Part shown: positions 8,237 through 17,373 of the stretch, piece after piece
Numbering within the stretch: the first letter of the stretch is position 1
Layout: each line of letters starts with the position of its first letter
DNA from: a virus
DNA length: 64,000 nt
Reading direction: 5' to 3' (one strand)
IMG/VR virus record: IMGVR_UViG_3300014720_000019
Location: 32,001 to 96,000 of that record
Made by a program: the position numbers and the translations under genes
Notes under the pieces: model-generated
Told to the model about the DNA's origin: nothing
The model's database searches: none
Seen by the model: only the letters and a program-made list of their open reading frames with translations

Positions 8237-8725
8237 CTAAATATTACTTTGATTCAAATATATTAACTTATCAATAACGGCACAATGCTCCTGTAATATG
8301 TTACTTGTTGTTTCATCCATAGAGCTAAGTTCTGTTATAACTGAGTATAAATAACTTCTAATAGTTCTTAGGCAATACAGAACAATATTCAAGTTACCAT
8401 TTAAATCATTAGTAATAGACGCTGCATCCTTTAACAACGTATTAGCAGATGCAAACTTTAGATTAGCTCTAGCAGGAGCCCCAAATGCTCTTATTCTTTC
8501 ACCCAAAGGATCAATTAAATTATTAATAGTTCCTAATGTATCATCAAAGAGCTCATGCATACTAATAAAGCCTTTACCCTCACTATTCCAATGCGCCTCT
8601 AATATTTGTCCATGAGCATCAATATAAGTTGCTATTAAAACATATAGTATAGATACAACTTTAGCCTTAACATCATCTGATAAAGGGTGTTGCTTTGTAA
8701 ATGTTATATTTAGTGTTTCTTCCAT
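8237..8725 (-). CDS. dps: Dps family ferritin-like DNA starvation protection protein
   Basis: AHWNSEGKGFISMHELFD and IDPLGERIRAFG ferroxidase signatures; 162 aa. Confidence 0.9.
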   Translation of the reverse strand: MEETLNITFTKQHPLSDDVKAKVVSILYVLIATYIDAHGQILEAHWNSEGKGFISMHELFDDTLGTINNLIDPLGERIRAFGAPARANLKFASANTLLKDAASITNDLNGNLNIVLYCLRTIRSYLYSVITELSSMDETTSNILQEHCAVIDKLIYLNQSNI

Positions 8726-8876
8726 TGTTATTTACTACTATTATTTGTATACTGTATTAATTATATACGTATATACAAAACAATATATGTTCATATATAG
8801 TATATAAATGCCTACAAATATATATTAAATAATAATAGTATTAATCCTATAAAATGTAATACAACATATCTAAGTA

Positions 8877-10133
8877 ATGCAGTATCCTGTATTAAACAAA
8901 GACTCAATTGCAGCTAACATAACAGAGACAAAAGCAAAGATACCTTTACTTATTAAGGGTAATTGGCATGTACCTGGTTTTGGCTTAATGTCTGTTACTG
9001 ATGAGTATATTGATACTTTAACTGATAACTTCAAACAAGATGTACTAGGATTTAAACCCTATGCAACATTAGGTCATCCAACTGACTCACCTGATCCAGC
9101 ATCAATTGATGGAGAGAGAAAAAGAGGAGACTTAGAAGATCTAGTTAAAGAAGGAGAGATTTTATATGGCATATACAATATTAATAAAGAGACATATGAT
9201 CTACTTAGAAATGGTGATTATGAATATAGCTCTCCTGAGATTCAACAAAACTTTAAGGATAAACAGACAGGCAAAGTAATAGGACCAACCCTCCTAAGAA
9301 CCGCTCTAACAAACGCCCCTTTTATGCCATTTGGTGATAGTAAAGCAGTACTTTTATCACAGAAGGGAAATGAGACAATTCTTCCTTCAATGTTTATAAA
9401 ATTATCAACAACTATTGATCAAGAGCAAATAGAAACTTCAGTTGAAGATACAATTAAAGAACCCATAACTGAAGCATTAGTAGAAGAAACATTAATACCC
9501 CTAACAACAATAGAAACAAAGATGACCTTACAAGAAGAAGTAAAAGCTCCTGAGAGCTCTAAAAATGAATCTACTTCTATTGACTTAGAAGCCATTCTAA
9601 ACAGAGTAGTAGAATCACAACAAAAGACGATTGCAAGCACCATTGAAGCAGTAACAACTAAGTTCAATGAAAGCTTAGAAGCTATTAACGCTAAGACCAC
9701 AGAAGCAGTAACAGCAGCTTTAACTAAAGTAGATGAGCTATCTAGTAAAGTAGAAGGACTAGCAACAAAAGCACAGGAAATTGATAAGACTAGTCAATTT
9801 ATTACTGCGTTATCTTCTAGTGAAAAGGCTAAAGAGCTAAACTACAAACTTAACTCATTATTTGAGACACAGAGAGTAAGTCCTGCTGCTATTTCATTAG
9901 CAAAGTCTATTGTTACTAGCACGGATGCTAACTCTGTTGTTAAACTATCTAGCAAAGCAGGTGATAAGGAGTTATCCTTAGAAGACTCTATCATTGAACT
10001 AGTAAAACTAAGTGCTAATATCATGCCAGAAGTTGAACAAACTGGTGCTACTGGTGAGGCCAAAAAAGAATCCTACATTAATAGTTTGATTCAGTCTAAC
10101 CTAGAAAAAGTAAAAGCAAAAGCCAGTAAATAA
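8877..10133 (+). CDS. Prohead protease-scaffold fusion (Mu gpI-like)
   Basis: LGHP, YEYSSPEI and GPTLLRTALTNAPF, followed by an acidic helical scaffold; directly upstream of the capsid gene. Confidence 0.85.
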   Translation: MQYPVLNKDSIAANITETKAKIPLLIKGNWHVPGFGLMSVTDEYIDTLTDNFKQDVLGFKPYATLGHPTDSPDPASIDGERKRGDLEDLVKEGEILYGIYNINKETYDLLRNGDYEYSSPEIQQNFKDKQTGKVIGPTLLRTALTNAPFMPFGDSKAVLLSQKGNETILPSMFIKLSTTIDQEQIETSVEDTIKEPITEALVEETLIPLTTIETKMTLQEEVKAPESSKNESTSIDLEAILNRVVESQQKTIASTIEAVTTKFNESLEAINAKTTEAVTAALTKVDELSSKVEGLATKAQEIDKTSQFITALSSSEKAKELNYKLNSLFETQRVSPAAISLAKSIVTSTDANSVVKLSSKAGDKELSLEDSIIELVKLSANIMPEVEQTGATGEAKKESYINSLIQSNLEKVKAKASK

Positions 10134-10177
10134 TAACAAATAATATATAAATCAAATAATAAAGAGAACAAATAATA

Positions 10178-11497
10178 ATGGCATTACAACAAGTTCCATC
10201 TTTTAACATGGATGCATATGCATCCCCTTGGGAGACAGTCAGTACTAGCGAGAAGCCAGGTGTACCTTCATACCTAGAACTAGCTAAGTCTTTTCTTCCT
10301 TTGGTAGGATCAACCCCCCTTAAAGAGTTGTTTCCCGATCAAACTATTAAGCAACCAATTGTTGCTATAGAGCAGCGCTTTGAAACTAGTGGCACCTTGT
10401 TCACACCTGTCAAGTTTGGTGAGCCTGATCAACTACTTGGCATTGCACAATACACCACTCAAAGACGTTATGTTCAACCCTTATATATGAGAGGATCTCA
10501 TTATATTAGTTGGGGTGATGTTAATATGAGAATCAAAGATGACACCTTAAACGACTTTGAAGATCCACAAGCATATGTTGCTAGACAAGTTGAGAAGCTA
10601 GTAGAAGCACATAACTTGACATGGGACGTATATAGAGGTCTAACACTATTAGGTGGTATTAACTACACTGATCCTAGAAGTGGTCAAGCAGTACAAGTTA
10701 GCTCTCAAATCCCTGCTCACAACTTCTGGTCTTACAACAATGTTAGTGGCTATAGAGGTAGAAATGAGGCCAATCTATTCAGAGGATTGATTGACTATAA
10801 TACTCCTCAAGCCTCTACTAGTGGTGTTCCTTGGACTGAACCAGACGCTGCAATTGTATCCTGCATTCAGAAGTTTGTTTATTGGTTTAAAACCACTAAT
10901 AAGACCAAAGTAACCGCCATGTATATTCATCCTGATCTTAAGATGATCATCAGTGAAAACAATGAGATCAAGATGCAAACTGGGGGCCTTATTCCTAGAT
11001 TAGGCGCTAAAACAGGTGACAAGCAAGTATTGATTAATAACACTGGTGGCGGCTACCAAATTGAATCTGATGTACTAAGTGCTAATATGGTAGGTTCTAT
11101 TGGTGTCGGTCCAGAAGGTATTGTATCAATTGCTGGTATTCCTATCAGAACCGTTGAAACTTGGTATAGAGATCCAGTTGATGGTGTCAGAAAGTATCTA
11201 TGGCCTAGAAACAAGGTTGTATTTGTATCTGAAGCTGCACCTAATGGTAGCTATGAAGCACCTGGCAGAACTCAATATTGTGTATCAGAAGAAAGCGGTG
11301 GTGAGCCTGGATTGTGGATGAGAGAACAAAGAGATACTCCTATTCCTTCTGCGCCTGGTATGTATGTACAAATGGGCAATGCTGGTCTACCTTATCTCCT
11401 ATATCCTCATAGAGTTGCTCACATGAAGGTAGCTGAAATTCAAGATATTAATACTAGAATTGGGGTCCTTGGGGACTTGCAATATGGAAGTTTGTAA
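10178..11497 (+). CDS. Major capsid protein (gpE-like, HK97 fold)
   Basis: Follows the protease; 439 aa; LKELFP, PVKFG, VPWTEPDA and YLWPRNKVVF motifs; strong terminator downstream. Confidence 0.85.
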   Translation: MALQQVPSFNMDAYASPWETVSTSEKPGVPSYLELAKSFLPLVGSTPLKELFPDQTIKQPIVAIEQRFETSGTLFTPVKFGEPDQLLGIAQYTTQRRYVQPLYMRGSHYISWGDVNMRIKDDTLNDFEDPQAYVARQVEKLVEAHNLTWDVYRGLTLLGGINYTDPRSGQAVQVSSQIPAHNFWSYNNVSGYRGRNEANLFRGLIDYNTPQASTSGVPWTEPDAAIVSCIQKFVYWFKTTNKTKVTAMYIHPDLKMIISENNEIKMQTGGLIPRLGAKTGDKQVLINNTGGGYQIESDVLSANMVGSIGVGPEGIVSIAGIPIRTVETWYRDPVDGVRKYLWPRNKVVFVSEAAPNGSYEAPGRTQYCVSEESGGEPGLWMREQRDTPIPSAPGMYVQMGNAGLPYLLYPHRVAHMKVAEIQDINTRIGVLGDLQYGSL

Positions 11498-11527
11498 GAG
11501 CACCAATTAATTAAATAAACTTTATAT

Positions 11528-11569
11528 TAATAAAAAGAGGCTAGATTATTTTCTAGCCTCTTTTTATTA
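11528..11569. terminator. Bidirectional terminator
   Basis: 18-bp stem taataaaaagaggctaga / tctagcctctttttatta between convergent genes. Confidence 0.9.
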
Positions 11570-11570
11570 T

Positions 11571-12479
11571 TTATTTAATCTTAATTTTATATCCAGACCA
11601 ACCTTTATAATAAGAACCCTTTTCAATTAAATCATGAATAGATTGCTTACTTATATTATTATCTTTACAAAATGTAGTAAGATCCCTAAATATATACTCA
11701 TTACCACTATTATCTTTTATATGATACTCAAATAATCTCCCCCTTTTTGGGCCATTTTTAGCAGTCTCACTTATTATTATATCTTTATCTTTATTTATAT
11801 CAACTTTATATCCAGACCAACCTTTATAAAAAGTACCTTTATTAATCATATTACCTAAATGAGTCCTACTTAAATTGTGTAGATTACAAAACTCAGTTAA
11901 GTTATTAAATACATATTGATTACCTTCTAAGTCAGTTACATGATACTCAAACTCTATTCTTGTTCCAAGTCTTTTAATATCATGTTTAGCCTCTTTAAGA
12001 GGTATTTTTCTAACTGCTTTAGAAGGTTTATTAGTTCTACTTGTAATTAGTCTTTGTTTATCTTCGTCACTCATTTTTCTACCTTTAGCAGCCTCACTAA
12101 TTTTCTTTCTAGCCTCTTCACTATGAGTTTTACCAGACATATAATTTGTACTAGCAGAAGGATTAATATTATAACCATAGTCCCTATCCCAACTCTTATA
12201 ATAGTCCATCCAATATTGTTCTCTTGCTGTTAACAGAGCAATATTATCAGACCCATCTTCTAACTTTGGCACCACCTCTAACACTTCAAATATAAAGTCC
12301 TCTTCACCATATTTATTGAAGGCCTTCTGAAGATAATCATTATCATGTTGATTCCTTCTTAGATTTAGTAGGTGGTCCCCTTTTCTACCATTAAGATATA
12401 CTGTTTGACCAATATATCTTTTACCTGTTGTTTTATTGGTTATAGAGTATATACCAGCTACCTTATTTCTTGTTCTCAT
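11571..12479 (-). CDS. Free-standing GIY-YIG homing endonuclease with NUMOD3 and two C-terminal repeats
   Basis: GIYSITNKTTGKRYIGQT, REQYWMD, YGYN; NUMOD3 HSEEARKKISEA; two FEYH...FC...YKGWSGYK repeats. Confidence 0.92.
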   Translation of the reverse strand: MRTRNKVAGIYSITNKTTGKRYIGQTVYLNGRKGDHLLNLRRNQHDNDYLQKAFNKYGEEDFIFEVLEVVPKLEDGSDNIALLTAREQYWMDYYKSWDRDYGYNINPSASTNYMSGKTHSEEARKKISEAAKGRKMSDEDKQRLITSRTNKPSKAVRKIPLKEAKHDIKRLGTRIEFEYHVTDLEGNQYVFNNLTEFCNLHNLSRTHLGNMINKGTFYKGWSGYKVDINKDKDIIISETAKNGPKRGRLFEYHIKDNSGNEYIFRDLTTFCKDNNISKQSIHDLIEKGSYYKGWSGYKIKIK

Positions 12480-12523
12480 ACATTGTTATAAGTATAAATA
12501 TAAACACTTAAACAACAGATTAA

Positions 12524-12799
12524 TCATCTCCAACTAATATTAAGACTAAACACATCTTTATATATAACTACATACCCATTTTTACTTAGCTCTTTCTCTA
12601 TATATTCAACATTAGATATAAAGGGTATAACAACATCTGTATAACCATTAGTAGCTCTTTGTCTAATCATATCAGCAACCTTTTGTAACTCTTCATCCCT
12701 ATCAACATTATTGGCCAACCTATTAGCCTCTTTAGCATTTAATAATGGCAATACAACTTGCTCTTTATTCTGTGTATTATTCTGTGGTTTAGTGTTCAT
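12524..12799 (-). CDS. Hypothetical protein
   Basis: 91 aa with an AGGAG RBS upstream; co-oriented with the endonuclease. Confidence 0.7.
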   Translation of the reverse strand: MNTKPQNNTQNKEQVVLPLLNAKEANRLANNVDRDEELQKVADMIRQRATNGYTDVVIPFISNVEYIEKELSKNGYVVIYKDVFSLNISWR

Positions 12800-12932
12800 A
12801 TAACTCCTATATACGTGCCTACTTTGTTATTTAAAGGCCTACATTATATATGACATTGTATTATATATTTATAGACAAAATAAGGTAAGTAGAATAACTT
12901 ACTAGACAAATAATAAGAGAGAAATAATAATA

Positions 12933-14087
12933 ATGGGATTGTATCAAGTTAATCAAGTCCTTAAAGGCGCTAGAAATAGTGGTGGTCTAAAGACTTATAA
13001 TCAAGCATCAGTAGTAGAGAAGCCAGTAGCAGCTATCTCTGGTACAACTATTACATTTACTGGAGGCAACCTTGAAGTAGAAGGTAAGTTGTATGGACTA
13101 TCCACCTTTGACTTTGCACCTTTTGCTGCATTGTTAAAAGCATCAACAACCTATGTACTAAGTGCTGTTCCTTCCTTTGTTGAACCTGCTGATAAGACAG
13201 CCGCACAAACTGCTGGTGTTAACTACACAGTTAGCCAAACTAGTCTTGGTGAGTCAGTATTAGCTTACTTCTTAAATCCTGCTGCTGAGACTCAAATTAA
13301 TGCGTTAGGTGGCTATTTAGCAGTAACTGAAAGAGTACAAGCTGGCACTGCAACTGAAGCAGATTTTAGAGCATTTTCTTTCTACTCCAGTGAAAGAGAC
13401 AAGCTAGCAGATCCTAGATACACTGGTCAAAGATTACCTATTAGTGGTTTGAAGTATGTACTAACAGAAGTAACACCACAAGATAACTCTAGTAAGGCTA
13501 ATGCTCTAGCAACCTTCACAGCTAATGACTTTGCTAAGTTTAGAGCAACCCAAGGTGACATTCCTGCTGAGTTAAAAGTACTAGCAACTGCTGCTGCTGT
13601 TACCGCATATGAGACACCTGGCAAGACATTCTTGTGTAAGAGAATCTTTGGCTATACATCATTAAACAATGCTAATGCTAATATTGGTGGTGTTGAAGTT
13701 GGCGTATATAACATTACAACTGGTGCATTGTTACCTACTCCTTTCACCAATCCAACTGACATTATTACTGGTGCAGCATTGTCTGGTTTAACACACTTTG
13801 TAGTGTATGAGTTCTACTACCCATCATACATTGAACCTGGTAATGAGGGCTTCAAAGATAGACCTTTAAATATCCTCTCTGTAAGAGAAGCAAGTGGTCT
13901 TGGTAGAATCAATCCAATCTACTTAGATAATCCTTTCAACATTCAAAGATCCGCTCTAATGCAAGCTAAAGCTAGACCATCTTTAACTCTATATAACAAC
14001 CCTTGTGATCTTGTTAAAGTTACAGTTTCTAGCTTAGGTCCAGTAGTTCTTAGCAATCTTGTTCCTGTTTATGATACACTTATCTAA
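12933..14087 (+). CDS. Abundant virion protein, probably second head/decoration protein
   Basis: Ala/Thr/Gly-rich with capsid-like codon bias; first + strand gene after the capsid gene. Role inferred from position. Confidence 0.55.
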   Translation: MGLYQVNQVLKGARNSGGLKTYNQASVVEKPVAAISGTTITFTGGNLEVEGKLYGLSTFDFAPFAALLKASTTYVLSAVPSFVEPADKTAAQTAGVNYTVSQTSLGESVLAYFLNPAAETQINALGGYLAVTERVQAGTATEADFRAFSFYSSERDKLADPRYTGQRLPISGLKYVLTEVTPQDNSSKANALATFTANDFAKFRATQGDIPAELKVLATAAAVTAYETPGKTFLCKRIFGYTSLNNANANIGGVEVGVYNITTGALLPTPFTNPTDIITGAALSGLTHFVVYEFYYPSYIEPGNEGFKDRPLNILSVREASGLGRINPIYLDNPFNIQRSALMQAKARPSLTLYNNPCDLVKVTVSSLGPVVLSNLVPVYDTLI

Positions 14088-14123
14088 TTAAGTAGATAAC
14101 TAACAAAGGTATAAAAACAAGAC

Positions 14124-14801
14124 ATGTTTGATCCAACTATTAGAGTAAGAGTTATAGCTGATTTCAAATACAAAGATATGTACTACTTAACTGCTGGTAC
14201 ATATCTTAGTTTTGATCTATATGACAGCACAAAGATTGCTGAGCTAATCAGTCTATATAACCCACAGTATGAATATAGGGAGCACATTGAGTTACCAGCA
14301 AGAGACAGTCTTCCTTATCATGTTAAGAATCAGTTAGAAGAGACCTACACCTCTAACAAACCAGCAGACGCTAATGAGTATCTACCAAAGAGTGACGTGC
14401 CATTCTATGAAGTAGGTGGTGAAACCTTCTCACCTTATGGCATATCACCATATGAAGAAGACAAGCCAGTTGTAGCCCTTGCTGATAACACATATGAGCC
14501 AGAAGTAACAGAGCCTAAGTTCCCTGAGATTCAGCCTTCAGTATTAGAGGGAAAAGTAGTAATCAAAGAAGAAGTAACTGAATCTACTGACGTTGCAAAA
14601 GACTATGAATATGTAATAGAAGAAGCACCTAAACAAGCTTACAGTGAACTAACAACCGTTATATTAAATTCAACAGAGGATGAGTTAGAGGCTAGATCAG
14701 CCTCTGACATTAAAAAGGCAGTATTAGAATTTGATCCAAGTTATGACTATACAAATAAGAAAGAAGCTATCAAGTACATCTTATCTAGAACAGAACAATA
14801 A
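14124..14801 (+). CDS. Acidic hypothetical protein with C-terminal Rho-N/HeH-like helical motif
   Basis: LEARSASDIKKAV...TNKKEAIKYIL; such genes commonly follow capsid genes. Confidence 0.5.
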   Translation: MFDPTIRVRVIADFKYKDMYYLTAGTYLSFDLYDSTKIAELISLYNPQYEYREHIELPARDSLPYHVKNQLEETYTSNKPADANEYLPKSDVPFYEVGGETFSPYGISPYEEDKPVVALADNTYEPEVTEPKFPEIQPSVLEGKVVIKEEVTESTDVAKDYEYVIEEAPKQAYSELTTVILNSTEDELEARSASDIKKAVLEFDPSYDYTNKKEAIKYILSRTEQ

Positions 14802-14804
14802 CAA

Positions 14805-16727
14805 ATGAACTTTGCACAAGACATACAGAGTAGTCTTGATACAACTAATTTCATAAAGCTAGTAAGGCCTCTATGTGTGCTAACACAAGGGGCCTCCTTT
14901 ATAGCTGATACTGACATTATCTTTCAAGGGCTACAACAGTTTAATAACATAGGACTTGTATTATCTGCTGCTAAAGATAAAGATAATACACAACTATTTA
15001 AGACACCAACAACATATCAAGCGGTATTAAATCTAATAACAAACTCTGAGTATAGTAGTGGTCTTATTAATGTAGCAGCAGAGTTAACAGCAGCAAACAT
15101 CATTAGATCATTACCTCTTAATGACTCATTAAAGTTAATTGAAAGGGGTAACACATTAGAACAAAGAGCCTATTCAAATTTAGATAGAATTATATTCTTA
15201 TATACTAATAACAACAGTACTACAACTAATAGTAGTAAAACATCAAAAGAGTATTTCTTCTTTGCACCTGAATTAGACAAAACAACAATACCAGCATCAG
15301 CATTTGATGTTGGATTAGAGACTGATATTGTATCTATTGATAATGTTAAGGTTGTCCCATCTATAACAGTTGATCCTAATCATATAGCCTTTATATATTT
15401 CAACATATTAAAGTCAGAACCAGGCACACCACCTCTATTAAATGAAGGGGCCACGCAAGTATTTAATGGAGAGACAATAGAGAATATAGTATTTAGACTT
15501 ACATCTGATATAAATGCTTTATGTACTAGTGTTTATACAACTGGTACTCAAGTATATCCATATTCAAATCTAATAGCAGCACCTACTAGAACCACTGATA
15601 ATATTACAAACATAAGTCTTAAAAAGAAGGATTTATACCCTCTAACAACAACATTTAAGAATAAAACTGCTAGATTTAATACATCTCTTTACAGTGTTTA
15701 TATTGAATTTACAGCTAGAAGATTATCTACACTAATAGCAAGTGAAGCCATCATTGTTAGACCTATAACTATACATAAGGGTATTTTAATTACTGGATAT
15801 GTTGGTACTTACAATAGCAGTACAACATACATCAATAACAACGTTGTTATATATAACAATAATGCTTATAGATGTATTGTATCTAATAGTATTAACATTG
15901 ATCCAACCAATACTACTAATTGGTTATTATTAGATCTATCAACTATTACTTATACAAGTAGTAATTTAGTTAATAACAAGAATAACTATTTATATGACTA
16001 CATAAATGGATTAGTAGTAGGAGTACAAAGTACAACCTCATTACTATATCAATCCTTACAACCAAAGGGCCCTTTATCAGCCATAATTGATGTTAATAAA
16101 GGTGTCACATCAACTGCATCTTCAACCACAACAAACAAGACAATAGATCACAAGGTTGAGATAGATACATTCTACTTTGGTGTAGTTGATAGTAGTAATC
16201 CACAATGCACACAAGCTGGTAAGTTACTATTTAGAATATCAACGTTATCTAATGATGTGCCTTGGATACCTATTAACATAATAGTTGGTGATAAACCAGA
16301 AGATGTAGCATTTAAGCTAGTACAAAAGCTATTAGAGTATAGGGTAGCAGATGATACTCATGTTGTAGGAGCACAGATATACAACAATGCAGTCTATATT
16401 AATGCATATAAGATATCTAATCCAGAAGTAAAAGTAGTAGTAGATGTTAAGTTTGAAGGGGTAGGGGGTATAACTGTTGCTGCCTATTATCACTTAGAAG
16501 CACCACAATCAACAGCATATAACACCTCACCAAGATCAGTTGCAGTAACAACAATACTAAGAATTACTAACAATCCCCCATCTGACAGCAACATTAATAA
16601 AGGCGCATCAACTGTTGACATTGGTAAAAGAGGCAATAGTAAGATGAGTAAAGTTAGAGATAAGATTGGAACACTAAACGATGTAACAGGATCACAATAT
16701 GTATGGAATAGATCAAGTATGTATTAA
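14805..16727 (+). CDS. Virion protein (putative neck/adaptor) with internal carbohydrate-binding-like repeat
   Basis: Lies between head and sheath genes; GTYNSSTTYINNNVVIYNNNAYRCI...PTNTTNW is a CBM5/12-like motif. Confidence 0.5.
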   Translation: MNFAQDIQSSLDTTNFIKLVRPLCVLTQGASFIADTDIIFQGLQQFNNIGLVLSAAKDKDNTQLFKTPTTYQAVLNLITNSEYSSGLINVAAELTAANIIRSLPLNDSLKLIERGNTLEQRAYSNLDRIIFLYTNNNSTTTNSSKTSKEYFFFAPELDKTTIPASAFDVGLETDIVSIDNVKVVPSITVDPNHIAFIYFNILKSEPGTPPLLNEGATQVFNGETIENIVFRLTSDINALCTSVYTTGTQVYPYSNLIAAPTRTTDNITNISLKKKDLYPLTTTFKNKTARFNTSLYSVYIEFTARRLSTLIASEAIIVRPITIHKGILITGYVGTYNSSTTYINNNVVIYNNNAYRCIVSNSINIDPTNTTNWLLLDLSTITYTSSNLVNNKNNYLYDYINGLVVGVQSTTSLLYQSLQPKGPLSAIIDVNKGVTSTASSTTTNKTIDHKVEIDTFYFGVVDSSNPQCTQAGKLLFRISTLSNDVPWIPINIIVGDKPEDVAFKLVQKLLEYRVADDTHVVGAQIYNNAVYINAYKISNPEVKVVVDVKFEGVGGITVAAYYHLEAPQSTAYNTSPRSVAVTTILRITNNPPSDSNINKGASTVDIGKRGNSKMSKVRDKIGTLNDVTGSQYVWNRSSMY

Positions 16728-17373
16728 CGTTGCTACACAGATAGCAAGTCACCCTTTGATATTAGCCAATCTAATAACAAATCCAATAACTGGAGAGAAG
16801 GTGCCAATTACTAATTACAGATTATATGGTGGGATTGAAACATCAAGTAACACTTTAACATGCGCTGTATATCCAGCACCAATAACATCATTAACAGCAA
16901 AAGAGCCAACATCACAGACAGCCAGTGTTATATATAGACCATATACATTAGGGCAAGAACAAGATGAAGTAATGTTTATGATTCATATAAGCTTTTACTA
17001 TAACAGTGTTACTGCTGGCTCCCAATCAACACCACTAATAATTCAAAATGTGCCTACACAATTACCTATAAATAATGATGAAATACTAATAGAAAATAGT
17101 AGAACATTAGAACTATATACAGATGTGTCTATGCATATATTAAGTCAATGCATTGAACTGTTAAGACTAATAATATATGACATTAAGATAGATGATTTAA
17201 ACACAAAGATTGAAGTACTTAGATCCTCATTTGTAGGAGGTGAGTGGGAGAGATCTCCCTACTTTAAAGAGGTTGTAACAGCCTGTCTAGTAACAACATT
17301 TCCTCCTAAAGCATCAAAACTAAGCACTAACATACAAAACATACAATATACAATACAGGATAATAATCAGTGA
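16699..17373 (+). CDS. Putative tail terminator/neck protein
   Basis: Directly precedes and overlaps the sheath gene; called on position only. Confidence 0.45.
   Translation: MYGIDQVCINVATQIASHPLILANLITNPITGEKVPITNYRLYGGIETSSNTLTCAVYPAPITSLTAKEPTSQTASVIYRPYTLGQEQDEVMFMIHISFYYNSVTAGSQSTPLIIQNVPTQLPINNDEILIENSRTLELYTDVSMHILSQCIELLRLIIYDIKIDDLNTKIEVLRSSFVGGEWERSPYFKEVVTACLVTTFPPKASKLSTNIQNIQYTIQDNNQ

Noticed and set aside
8726-8876. T4 late promoter (TATAAATA) or NtcA box matches in intergenic DNA
   Set aside because: Only degenerate matches, expected by chance in AT-rich sequence.
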